Assembly: GCA_040005235.1 (NCBI GenBank)
Contig: JBDTZG010000068.1
Coordinates: 1 to 27,144 of the forward strand
Reading direction: 5' to 3'
Length of the DNA: 27,144 nucleotides
DNA from: Acidobacteriota bacterium
GTDB lineage: Bacteria; Acidobacteriota; Thermoanaerobaculia; Multivoradales; UBA5704
The notes under the pieces were generated by a model. The model was not told the DNA's origin and did not search any database. It saw only the letters and a program-made list of their open reading frames with translations. The number at the start of each line of letters is the position of its first letter. The first letter of the stretch is position 1. A program made the translations under genes and the position numbers. Below, in pieces: positions 16,082 to 24,692 of this stretch.

Positions 16082-17460
16082 TTGCGATGAAGTTCGGCGG
16101 TAGCTCGCTCGCCGCCGCGCCGGAGATCGAACGGGTCGTAGGCATCGTCCGCGCCCGGCTCGACCGGCGTCCCCTGGTGGTCGTCTCGGCGATGGCGCGC
16201 GCCACCCGGTCGTTGCTCGCCGCAAGCAATGCCGCGGCGCGAGGCGATTTCGTGGCCCGAGCGGCGTTGCGCGCGGAGATCCGAGCGTTTCACGACTTGG
16301 TGGGCTCCGCGGTCGCGGCGCCTGCAGACCGGCCGCATCTCGCCGAGGCGCTCGACCGCCGGTTTGCCGATCTCGACGCGGTGCTGGCGCAGATCGCGGC
16401 GGCGGGCGAAATGACGCCCCGGCTTCAAGATGCCGTAGCCTCGTTCGGCGAGCTGCTGTCGAGCGAGATCTTCACCCTGGCGCTACGGCGCGCCGGAATC
16501 GCCGCCCGATTCGTCGATTGCCGCGAGGTTTTAAAGACCGACGGCGCCTTCACCCGCGCCCGGCCGCTCTACCCGGAAACCGAGGCATGCTTGCGGGCAG
16601 AAGTCCTGCCGATCCTCGAACGGGGCGAAGTGCCGGTCATCGGCGGCTACGTCGGCCGAACGCTCGAAGGCGTGACCACCACGCTCGGCTTCGAAGGCTC
16701 GGACTTCTCGGCCGCGATCTTCGGCGCGGCCCTCGGCGTCGAGGAAATCCAACTCTGGACCGACGTCTCCGGCATTCTTTCCGCCGATCCGCGCCTCTAT
16801 CCTGCCGCCCGAAGGGTGCCCGTCCTGTCGTTTGCCGAAGGGCTGGAGCTGGCCTGGTCGGGCTCCAAGAAACCGCATCCGGGGACGCTGGAACCGACCC
16901 GCCATCGGGCCGTTCCGATCCGCATTCTTTCGTCTCTGGAACCCGAAGGAGCGGAGGAGCGAAGCACGCGGATCGGCGCGGGAACGACCGGCGCCGCGGA
17001 GAGCCCAGCCTTCAAGTCGATCGCCTGCCGCCGAAATTCCCACCTGCTGCGCATTCATCCCCTGGCCAACGCTTCGCTCGACGAGATCCATCCGGCGGTG
17101 TGTGCGGCGATCGAACGGGTCCGGCCCGCGCTCCTGCCGCTCGGCGAGGAAAACGGTGCGATCGACCTCGCGCTCGACTCCGCCGATCATCTCGCCGAGG
17201 TTTTGGCGGCGCTTCCGCGGGAGATCCGGCTGGAGATCCTTCCCGGGCGGGAAGTCGTGTCGCTGATCTCGGACGATCTGGTCGAAGGATCGGACCTGGC
17301 AAATCGGGCGCTCGCCGCCGCGGCCGGGCGTTCTCCGCGGTTGATTCTGCCGAGCGGATTGGAGGGCGCTCCTGCCATTCGTCTGCTCGCGGATGAACGA
17401 GAGATCCACGAGGTCGTCGCCCACCTCCACCGCACGCTGCTCGGAGAAGACATTCCATGA
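16078..17460 (+). CDS. lysC: Aspartate kinase (divergent)
   Basis: GTG start overlapping the asd stop (GTGA); MIAMKFGGSS, VVVSAM, SFGELLS, TTLGFEGSDFSA, WTDVSGILSADPR; operon context. Confidence 0.8.
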   Translation: MIAMKFGGSSLAAAPEIERVVGIVRARLDRRPLVVVSAMARATRSLLAASNAAARGDFVARAALRAEIRAFHDLVGSAVAAPADRPHLAEALDRRFADLDAVLAQIAAAGEMTPRLQDAVASFGELLSSEIFTLALRRAGIAARFVDCREVLKTDGAFTRARPLYPETEACLRAEVLPILERGEVPVIGGYVGRTLEGVTTTLGFEGSDFSAAIFGAALGVEEIQLWTDVSGILSADPRLYPAARRVPVLSFAEGLELAWSGSKKPHPGTLEPTRHRAVPIRILSSLEPEGAEERSTRIGAGTTGAAESPAFKSIACRRNSHLLRIHPLANASLDEIHPAVCAAIERVRPALLPLGEENGAIDLALDSADHLAEVLAALPREIRLEILPGREVVSLISDDLVEGSDLANRALAAAAGRSPRLILPSGLEGAPAIRLLADEREIHEVVAHLHRTLLGEDIP

Positions 17461-18170
17461 CCCGCATCGCGTTGCTCGGCTACGGCCGGATGGGCCGCTT
17501 GATCGAGGAGATCGCCCCGTCCGAAGGATGTTCGATCGGCCTTCGGCTGAGCGGCGAGAGCAATCCGGGAGTACAGGGGATCAACGCCAAGGCTTTCTCG
17601 GAGATCGACGTGGCGATCGACTTCTCCGTATCTACCTCCGTGACGGAGAACACGGAACGGATCGCGGCGCTTAGGCTGCCGCTGGTGGTCGGCACCACCG
17701 GCTGGGGCGACGACCTGCCCCGAGTGCGCGAGATCGTCGAAAAGAGCGGCATTGGGTTCGTTCACGGCGCGAACTTCTCGATCGGCGTCCAGGTGTTCTA
17801 CAAGGTCGTCGCCGAAGCCGCCCGCCAGCTGGCCGCGGCCGAGGGATACGACGCCTGGGGGCACGAGATCCACCACCGCAAGAAGCTGGACGCCCCCTCC
17901 GGCACCCTGCTCGAAACGGTGCGCACGATGGAGCGGGCAGGATATACCCGGCCGATCGACGTCGCCTCGAACCGAGCCGGGGCGATCCCCGGCACCCATA
18001 CGATCGGCTTTGACTCGGAGGCTGATACGATTCTCCTCGAACATCGAGCCCGCTCGCGCACCGGCTTTGCCCGCGGCGCGCTCTGTGCGGCCCGGTGGAT
18101 TGCGACGCGGCGCGGCTTCTTCGATTTTCGCGACATCTGGAGCGAGGTTCTCTCGCCGCCGCGCTCGTAA
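17457..18170 (+). CDS. dapB: 4-hydroxy-tetrahydrodipicolinate reductase
   Basis: GYGRMG, IDFS, VVGTTG, ANFSIGV, EIHHRKKLDAPSGT, FARGAL; ATGA overlap with lysC. Confidence 0.93.
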   Translation: MTRIALLGYGRMGRLIEEIAPSEGCSIGLRLSGESNPGVQGINAKAFSEIDVAIDFSVSTSVTENTERIAALRLPLVVGTTGWGDDLPRVREIVEKSGIGFVHGANFSIGVQVFYKVVAEAARQLAAAEGYDAWGHEIHHRKKLDAPSGTLLETVRTMERAGYTRPIDVASNRAGAIPGTHTIGFDSEADTILLEHRARSRTGFARGALCAARWIATRRGFFDFRDIWSEVLSPPRS

Positions 18171-18242
18171 ACGGCCCAATCCGAATTCCAAACATTCAAA
18201 GCGGCTCGCCATCCAAGCCCCGAGCCCTTAGAGGGAACTGCG

Positions 18243-19199
18243 ATGTCCGATGCGATCTCTCCCGCCGTCTCTCGGCCGCTGCCCGACGCGATTTTCCGCG
18301 GCTGCGGCACTGCCCTGGTCACCCCGTTCAAAGCCGACCTCGGAATCGACGAAGAGGCGCTGCGCCGCCTGGTTAACCGGCAGATCGAGGACGGCATCCA
18401 TTTCCTGGTCCCCTGCGGCACCACGGGCGAAAACCCGACGCTTTCGCGGCGCGAGCTGCTGCGCGTGATCGAGATCGTGCTCGAAGAGGCCAACGGCGAG
18501 GTTCCCGTGCTCGCCGGCTGCGGGGGCAACGACACCCGGGAGGTCGCCCACCTGGCGAAGGAGATCGAAGCGCTCGGCGCTCAAGGGCTGCTCTCGGCCA
18601 CCCCCCATTACAACCGGCCGACGCCCGAGGGGCTGGTCGAGCATTACAGAGCGATCGCCAAGGCCTCGAAGCTGCCGATCGTGCTCTACAACGTGCCGAG
18701 CCGCACGGGAACCAACATGGACGCCAAGGTCACCGCGCGGATCGCCGAGATCGAAACCGTCGTCGCGGTCAAGGAAGCTTCGGGCAATCTCTCTCAGGTG
18801 GCGGCAATTCTTCAGGAGGCGCCGGACGGCTTCACGGTCCTCTCGGGCGACGACGTGCTCACGCTACCGGTGATGTCGCTCGGCGGCGTCGGCGTGATCT
18901 CGGTCGCCTCGAACGAGGTTCCGGCGGGCATGGCGCGCATGGCGGCTCTCTGCCTGGCGGGCGATTTCGCCGCGGCGCGCGAGGTCCATCGCCGCCTTCA
19001 CGACCTGATGGAGGTGAATTTCATCGAGTCGAACCCCGGACCGGTCAAAACCGCTCTGGCGATCATGGGCCACCTGGAGCCGGTTTTCCGCCTGCCGATG
19101 GTGCCGCCGCGGCCGGAGAGCCGTAGGAAGATAGAGAAAGTCCTGCTCGGCCTCGGCCTGATCGCCCAGGAGGCGCCCGCCATCGAGGCGGTGCGGTGA
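18243..19199 (+). CDS. dapA: 4-hydroxy-tetrahydrodipicolinate synthase
   Basis: TALVTPF, CGTTGE, LYNVPSRTG, AVKEASG, LSGDD, ESNPGPVK. Confidence 0.95.
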   Translation: MSDAISPAVSRPLPDAIFRGCGTALVTPFKADLGIDEEALRRLVNRQIEDGIHFLVPCGTTGENPTLSRRELLRVIEIVLEEANGEVPVLAGCGGNDTREVAHLAKEIEALGAQGLLSATPHYNRPTPEGLVEHYRAIAKASKLPIVLYNVPSRTGTNMDAKVTARIAEIETVVAVKEASGNLSQVAAILQEAPDGFTVLSGDDVLTLPVMSLGGVGVISVASNEVPAGMARMAALCLAGDFAAAREVHRRLHDLMEVNFIESNPGPVKTALAIMGHLEPVFRLPMVPPRPESRRKIEKVLLGLGLIAQEAPAIEAVR

Positions 19200-20068
19200 G
19201 CGGGAGTCCCGTCGCGGATCTCGTACCCGAGATCGACCGGCTGTTCGCCGAGCCGCCCGCGAAATTCTCCCGCGCCCATCGCGAGCTGTTCGCGCTTTTC
19301 TTGGCCGCCCTCGAATCGGGCGCGGCGCGCGCCGCGGAGCCCGATCCGGCAAGCCCTTCCGGCTGGCGGGTGAACCCTTGGGTCAAGCGCGGCATCCTGC
19401 TCGGCTTTCGGATGGGAGGCATTGTCGATCAGTCGGTGGGCGTCCCCGCCGCCGGCAAGGGCCTGCCGTTCTACGACAAGGACACCTACCCGCTCCAGCG
19501 CTTTCCGGCCGCCTCCGGAGTCCGCATCGTCCCCGGCGGTTCGGGCATCCGCTCGGGGAGCTACGTGGCGCGCGGCGTGGTCTGCATGCCGCCGATGTAC
19601 GTCAACGTCGGGGCCTATGTCGGAGAAGGATCGCTGATCGATTCGCACGCCCTGGTGGGCTCCTGCGCCCAGGTGGGCGCCCGGGTCCACCTCTCCGCCG
19701 CCGCCCAGCTCGGCGGCGTCCTGGAGCCCGTGGGGGCCAGCCCGGTCATCATCGAGGACGAGGCATTGATCGGCGGCAACTGCGGAGTCTACGAAGGCAC
19801 CGTCGTCAAACGCCGCGCGGTGCTCGGCTCCGGCGTGATCCTCACCCGCTCCACCCCGGTCTACGACCTGGTGCGAGAAACGATCCACCGCGCGTCGGAC
19901 GACCAGCCCCTGATCATCCCGGAAGGCGCCGTCGTCGTCCCCGGAGCCCGCTCGATTCCCCGAGGCGCCGGCAAGGAGTGGGGCCTCTCGCTCGCCACCC
20001 CGGTGATCGTCAAATACCGCGACGAGGGAACCGACAGCCGCGTGCAGTTGGAGGATTGGCTGCGATAG
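19196..20068 (+). CDS. dapD: Tetrahydrodipicolinate N-succinyltransferase
   Basis: WRVNPWVKRGILLGFR, RIVPGG, YVNVGAYVG, VGSCAQVG, GGVLEP hexapeptide region; GTGA overlap with dapA. Confidence 0.92.
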   Translation: MSGSPVADLVPEIDRLFAEPPAKFSRAHRELFALFLAALESGAARAAEPDPASPSGWRVNPWVKRGILLGFRMGGIVDQSVGVPAAGKGLPFYDKDTYPLQRFPAASGVRIVPGGSGIRSGSYVARGVVCMPPMYVNVGAYVGEGSLIDSHALVGSCAQVGARVHLSAAAQLGGVLEPVGASPVIIEDEALIGGNCGVYEGTVVKRRAVLGSGVILTRSTPVYDLVRETIHRASDDQPLIIPEGAVVVPGARSIPRGAGKEWGLSLATPVIVKYRDEGTDSRVQLEDWLR

Positions 20069-20085
20069 GGGCCCGAGATGGCCCT

Positions 20086-21891
20086 CTAGCTGCGCGCTCT
20101 GCCGGCCGTTTCGCCGACCCGCTCCTCGGCAACGACCTCGCCCACGATCTCGATCCGTTTCGGCGCAAAGCCGTCGGCCACCAGCAGCTCGCGCTCGAAC
20201 CGGGTTGCCACCAGCAGGCGATCCGCCGCGCCGTAAAACCGCCGGACCAGGTCGCGGGTCAGGTCTTCAAGGAACACTTCGCGGGTGATCCGCTGCACGA
20301 TGGCGGGAATGTCCGTTCGGACCAGGGCCACGAGAGGCAACCCAAGAATCCGCGCCGCGAGCCAACCGGCCAACCCCAACGGGCCGGGACTGCTCACGAC
20401 GATCTCGGTATAGCGCTCGCGCTCGCAGAGATCGAGGATTTCGAGGATCGGCGGCACGCCGAGGCTCGGCGCCCCACCCTCCGCACCGACAGGCACATCG
20501 AACCAGGGAGTAAAGACGCGTTGCGAAACGCCGGGAACGGCGGAGTCAATGCCCCTCCCGCAGCTGGATTCCCCCTTGCCCGCAAGGACCGCGGCCGCAA
20601 TCGACCCACCCCGCTCGCGGCTCGCTTCCAGCAGGCCGCTCGCCGCGGCATTCGGCCGCGCCAACTCCTCTCCGTCGTCGACCAGCCAGAGGCGACGCTC
20701 CGCCGCGATCGGCCCGGCACCGAAACGCGCCGCGGCGGCTCGGACCAGGTCGCGATCCTTGTGCTGCGCCCGGAGCGAGATCAAATGCGGCGCGAGCGCC
20801 AGACCGAGCGGTGCAAGCTCCCCCAACGCTTCGGCCGCCGAGGCGAACCGCCCACGCGCCAGCCGCTTGGCGAATTTCTTCGCCATCACCTCGCACGCCG
20901 CCCGACCCGCCGCGGCCGCGCGCGCGACGGGATCGCGGCCGATTCCGGCGAACCCCACCGATTCCGCCGCGAATCCCGTGTCTTGCGGCTTCGCCCGCCA
21001 GAAAGGCAACCCCTTCCGCGGCGGGGCCTTGGTTGGTCCGGAGGCCAGCTCGCCCAGCAGTTTCGCGAGAGGATCTCGCCGCGCCCAGAAAGCCCAAGCC
21101 GGCACCGCCCGCCGATGCCAATCGGCCGCGATCGCATACAGGCTCTGGGTCAAACGCCGGCTCGATCCTGCCTCTCCCCCCGGCTCCGAGCGGCCGGCGC
21201 GCAGATGGGCGAGGAAGTCAAACGACTCGGCGGCGTCCGGCGTCTCGGTCCAGGTGGTTGCGATGTAGCGCCCTCCATGGTCGTCGCTACCGCCGGTGAA
21301 ACTCTTTTCCCAGGGTCGCTCGCCCCACGGCTCCAGGCGATGGCGCGCTGCGAGGTCGTGGATCGCCTCGGCGTCGAGACCGGAGAAGATCCGCCGCACC
21401 AGCGCGTGCTCCCCCGTGTCGTGGATGCCGTTCAGCGCCTCGAACCGATTGAACAGGACCATGAGCTTCTCGACATGGCCGATCGTCAGACGTTCGTTCA
21501 CCCGGAACAGCGGATGGGCGACCGAACAGAGCACCCCTTCCTGCCGCAGGTAATCGCGCAGCTTGTAGAGGTCGCCGCGCAAGCGGTCGATCTCGCGGAA
21601 TTGCCCCTCGGTAATCCCCAGCGTGAGCAGGTGGATCTGGCAACCGTCGTCGGGAAAGGTAGTCGTCACCTCACAGGAGAGAAAGGTTCCTGGAAGATGG
21701 GAGATCGAAAGCGCGCCGTCGATCGTGTCGTGATCGGAGATCGTAACGAAATCCATTCCGCGCGCTCGGGCCTTCCTGTAGATCTCCAACGGCTCGGTGT
21801 AGCTCTCGGCGGCAGCGACGCGCCGCAACAGCCACTCGGTGGGACGGTTCGAAAACTTGCTGTGAACGTGGAGATCGACGCGCGCCGTCAT
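20086..21891 (-). CDS. PHP phosphoesterase domain fused to a degenerate, C-terminally truncated GT4-type glycosyltransferase domain
   Basis: DLHVHS, ISDHDT, CEV, AHP and GGSDDH PHP motifs. The C-terminal part has VSSPGPLGLAG...LVRTD resembling a GT4 N-terminal domain, but no nucleotide-sugar-binding domain follows. GGAGG RBS upstream. Confidence 0.75.
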   Translation of the reverse strand: MTARVDLHVHSKFSNRPTEWLLRRVAAAESYTEPLEIYRKARARGMDFVTISDHDTIDGALSISHLPGTFLSCEVTTTFPDDGCQIHLLTLGITEGQFREIDRLRGDLYKLRDYLRQEGVLCSVAHPLFRVNERLTIGHVEKLMVLFNRFEALNGIHDTGEHALVRRIFSGLDAEAIHDLAARHRLEPWGERPWEKSFTGGSDDHGGRYIATTWTETPDAAESFDFLAHLRAGRSEPGGEAGSSRRLTQSLYAIAADWHRRAVPAWAFWARRDPLAKLLGELASGPTKAPPRKGLPFWRAKPQDTGFAAESVGFAGIGRDPVARAAAAGRAACEVMAKKFAKRLARGRFASAAEALGELAPLGLALAPHLISLRAQHKDRDLVRAAAARFGAGPIAAERRLWLVDDGEELARPNAAASGLLEASRERGGSIAAAVLAGKGESSCGRGIDSAVPGVSQRVFTPWFDVPVGAEGGAPSLGVPPILEILDLCERERYTEIVVSSPGPLGLAGWLAARILGLPLVALVRTDIPAIVQRITREVFLEDLTRDLVRRFYGAADRLLVATRFERELLVADGFAPKRIEIVGEVVAEERVGETAGRARS

Positions 21892-22102
21892 CGCTCGGTT
21901 CCTCCCGGGGATCGTTAGTCTTTATGAACCGACTGGAGACCTGGGTCCACCGATTCGTCGAACCCGCGACAAGCTACTGGGGCGAAAGCGCCGCCGCGTG
22001 GCGCGTGGATGGCGTTCGGGTGAATTCGTTCAGGTGAAACGTGATTCGTCCTTGTCGATTTCTCGTCACCCTCGCGCCTTCGGTGGTTGCCATCCTCCCG
22101 AT

Positions 22103-23344
22103 GTGCCGAGCCCCACTCTCGCCGCCGACTTCGCTTCGGCCTTTGCCTTGCTCGCCGCGCTTTCTTTGCTCGTCACATTCGCCGCTGCGGCAAGCGTGTT
22201 CGCGGTGCTGCGGCGCAAAATCTCCCCACGCCGGCCCGACTCGGAGCTGCCGCCGATCTCGGTGCTCAAGCCGCTCTGCGGGCTGGACGAGGGATTGTTC
22301 GAAAATCTTGCGGCGCTCGCGCGCCAGGATTATCCGCGATTCGAGCTGATTCTCGGCTGTGAAGATCCGGCCGATCCGGCGCTTCGCATCGCGGAGGAGT
22401 TGCGGCTCGCGTTTCCTGAAGTTTCGATCCGCATCGTTTCGAGCGCCACCCGTTTCGGTTGGAACCCGAAGGTGACGAACCTCGCCTCGCTCTCTTCGCA
22501 CGCCCGGCACGAGTTGCACTTGATCTCGGATTCGAACGTCCGCCCGGATCCCACCTACCTGCGCGCGCTCGCCGCGGAGATGGAAGACCCCGCGGTTGGC
22601 CTGGTCGGCTCGGTACTCGCCGGAGTGGGAGCGACGAGCTTCGGCGCGCGGCTTGAAAACCTTCAGTGGAATTCGTTCGTCGCCTCCGCCGTCTCCGGAG
22701 CGGACATACTTTCGCGCCTCACCCGCCAGCCGATCATGGTCGGCAAATCGATGCTCTTCCGGAACAGTGATCTCCATCGCCTCGGAGGCCTCGCCGGGGT
22801 AAAGGACGTGCTCGCCGAGGACTACGAGATCGGCCGGCGCTTTGCCGCGGCGGGATTCCGCGTCGCCCTCTCGCCTCACGCTGTCGCGGTCCGCCACGAA
22901 CGGCGCAGCGTCGCCGCCTTCGCCGAGCGCCACTTACGCTGGGCCGCCATGCGGAGAAGCCTCTCACCGTTCGCCTATCTGGGCGAGGCGCTGCTCCTGC
23001 CCACCCCCTGGCTGTTCGCTGCGGGAACCGCCGGCCTCGCCGCCTCCCGCCCAGGAATCGCTATCGGGGCGACGGCAGGTCTTGCCGCGCGGATTGCATT
23101 CGACCTTGTCCTCAGCCGAACGCTGGCCCGTCGGGCGTCCGATCCGCCCCGGGTGGTCGAGTTGGCCGATCTCGCCGCGGTGCCGGCCAAGGACTGCGCC
23201 GCCCTCGCCTTCTGGCTCGCCGGTTGGTTTCGAAACATTGTGAGTTGGCGCGGCCATCGCCTCCGCATCGGGCGAGGGAGCCGGCTCACGCCGGTCGAAA
23301 CGATGATCCCCGATCGGCAGTTGTTCCCCCGTCCCAGCCCATGA
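22103..23344 (+). CDS. GT2/GT21-like ceramide- or hopanoid-glucosyltransferase (HpnI-like)
   Basis: N-terminal TM; ISVLKPLCG, NPKVTNL, ISDSN, GKSM, LAEDY, ERHLRW; C-terminal TMs and VSWRG. Start at GTG 22103 is uncertain (the ORF is open from 21998). Confidence 0.8.
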   Translation: MPSPTLAADFASAFALLAALSLLVTFAAAASVFAVLRRKISPRRPDSELPPISVLKPLCGLDEGLFENLAALARQDYPRFELILGCEDPADPALRIAEELRLAFPEVSIRIVSSATRFGWNPKVTNLASLSSHARHELHLISDSNVRPDPTYLRALAAEMEDPAVGLVGSVLAGVGATSFGARLENLQWNSFVASAVSGADILSRLTRQPIMVGKSMLFRNSDLHRLGGLAGVKDVLAEDYEIGRRFAAAGFRVALSPHAVAVRHERRSVAAFAERHLRWAAMRRSLSPFAYLGEALLLPTPWLFAAGTAGLAASRPGIAIGATAGLAARIAFDLVLSRTLARRASDPPRVVELADLAAVPAKDCAALAFWLAGWFRNIVSWRGHRLRIGRGSRLTPVETMIPDRQLFPRPSP

Positions 23345-24657
23345 CCCCTCCCCTCATCGCTGCAGTCGAGATGGGTTACGGCCATCTCCGAGCGGCGCGG
23401 GCGCTCGCGGATGCCCTGGCCACGAAGGTGACGCTCGTCGACCGGGCGCCGATTGCGGGCAAAGAGGAACAGCGCCTATGGCGCGCCTCGCGCCGCTTCT
23501 ACGAAATCGCCTCGCGCGCCTCGCAACTTCCGGGAATCGGCGCACCGCTCGAAGCGCTGCTCGAAGCGCTGACTTCGATTCCGCCGCTGTATCCGCATCG
23601 CGATCTGTCGGCCTCGACGTTTCAATCGCGCTCGCTCGGGCGCCTGATCGATCGCGGGCTCGGCCGAGGTCTCGCCCGTCAGCTGCTCGAAACCGGCGCG
23701 CCGCTCGTCACAACGTTCTTCGCCCCCGCGCTCGCCGCGGAACGCTTTGGCGTGGAAGAGATCTATTGCGTCGCGACCGACGTCGATCTGAACCGCACCT
23801 GGGCGTCGCGCGATCCGGCGAAAACCCGCATCAACTACCTGGCCCCCACCCGCAGAGCCCGGCGGCGGCTGATCGCCTACGGCGTGCCGCGCGAACGGAT
23901 CGATGTCACAGGTTTTCCCCTGCCTTCCGAACGGCTCGGCGGAGAGAATCTGCCTATTCTGCGACGCGACCTCGCGGCCCGTCTGGTGCGGCTCGATCCG
24001 AAAGGGGTCTTTCGCGAACAGGTGGGGCCGGAGATCGATCACTTTCTCGGCGATCTACCGTCCGAACAGGAGGGCCTTCCACCGCTCGCCGTCTTCGCTG
24101 TGGGTGGTGCGGGGGCGCAAGCCGACCTCGCCGCAGCGTTGCTTCCCACGCTCCGGCCTCTCATCGAACAGGGTCGCCTGCGTCTCACCTTGGTGGCGGG
24201 CATCCGCCGCGAAGTGGCCGCGCGCTTTGCCCTCGAAGTGCGCGCGGCGGGCCTCGAATCCTGCCTCGCCCCGAACATTGAATCGGCGGCAGGCCCTACA
24301 CCGGACAAACCCATTTCGATCCTGCTCGAAGCCGATCACGACACCTATTTCGACCGCTTCCACGCCCTCTTAGGAAGCGCCGACCTGCTGTTTACCAAGC
24401 CGTCCGAGATGGTCTTCTTCGGAGCCCTCGGACTCCCCTTGATCCTCACCCGCCCGGTGGGAGTCCACGAGCGCTACAACCGTCGCTGGGCGGTCGAAAA
24501 CGGCGCGGGCTTGAAGATGCGCGACCCCCGCCACGCCGGAGATTGGCTGCGGGAATACCTCACCGAAGGAACCCTCGCCGCCGCCGCCTGGTTTGGCTAT
24601 TTGCGGCTGCCGAAGTTCGGGCTGTATCGGATTCTGGAGCGGTTGGGCCGGAAGTAG
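23341..24657 (+). CDS. GT-B fold protein resembling GT28/MGDG-synthase-like glycosyltransferases
   Basis: ATGA overlap with the upstream GT; MGYGHLRAA, VATDVD, VTGFPL, VGGAG, TKPSE, PVGVHERYN motifs. Confidence 0.65.
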   Translation: MTPPLIAAVEMGYGHLRAARALADALATKVTLVDRAPIAGKEEQRLWRASRRFYEIASRASQLPGIGAPLEALLEALTSIPPLYPHRDLSASTFQSRSLGRLIDRGLGRGLARQLLETGAPLVTTFFAPALAAERFGVEEIYCVATDVDLNRTWASRDPAKTRINYLAPTRRARRRLIAYGVPRERIDVTGFPLPSERLGGENLPILRRDLAARLVRLDPKGVFREQVGPEIDHFLGDLPSEQEGLPPLAVFAVGGAGAQADLAAALLPTLRPLIEQGRLRLTLVAGIRREVAARFALEVRAAGLESCLAPNIESAAGPTPDKPISILLEADHDTYFDRFHALLGSADLLFTKPSEMVFFGALGLPLILTRPVGVHERYNRRWAVENGAGLKMRDPRHAGDWLREYLTEGTLAAAAWFGYLRLPKFGLYRILERLGRK

Positions 24658-24679
24658 GTCGTCCGGAAGGGACCGCGGC

Positions 24680-24685
24680 TAGAAT
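24680..24685 (+). promoter_or_regulatory. -10 element, possible leaderless transcript for the ClpX-like gene
   Basis: TAGAAT followed by 7 nt, then ATG 24693; no SD at normal spacing before this ATG. Confidence 0.45.
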
Positions 24686-24692
24686 GGCGGGC

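Noticed and set aside
18171-18242. AT-richer dapB-dapA spacer with AATCCGA/ATTCCAA/ATTCAAA-like short repeats
   Set aside because: Too short and degenerate to call a repeat element or regulatory RNA.
20066-20088. Small hairpin GGGCC-N6-GGCCC between the convergent stops
   Set aside because: Short stem with no U-tract; insufficient for a terminator call.
19378-21918. 846-aa plus-strand ORF
   Set aside because: Overlaps dapD out of frame and is antisense to the PHP gene; Arg/Pro/Gly-rich with no motifs; a high-GC shadow ORF.
22018-22050. TGAA-TTCG-TTCA inverted repeat and GTGA direct repeats between the divergent genes
   Set aside because: 4-bp arms are not distinguishable from chance without comparative data.
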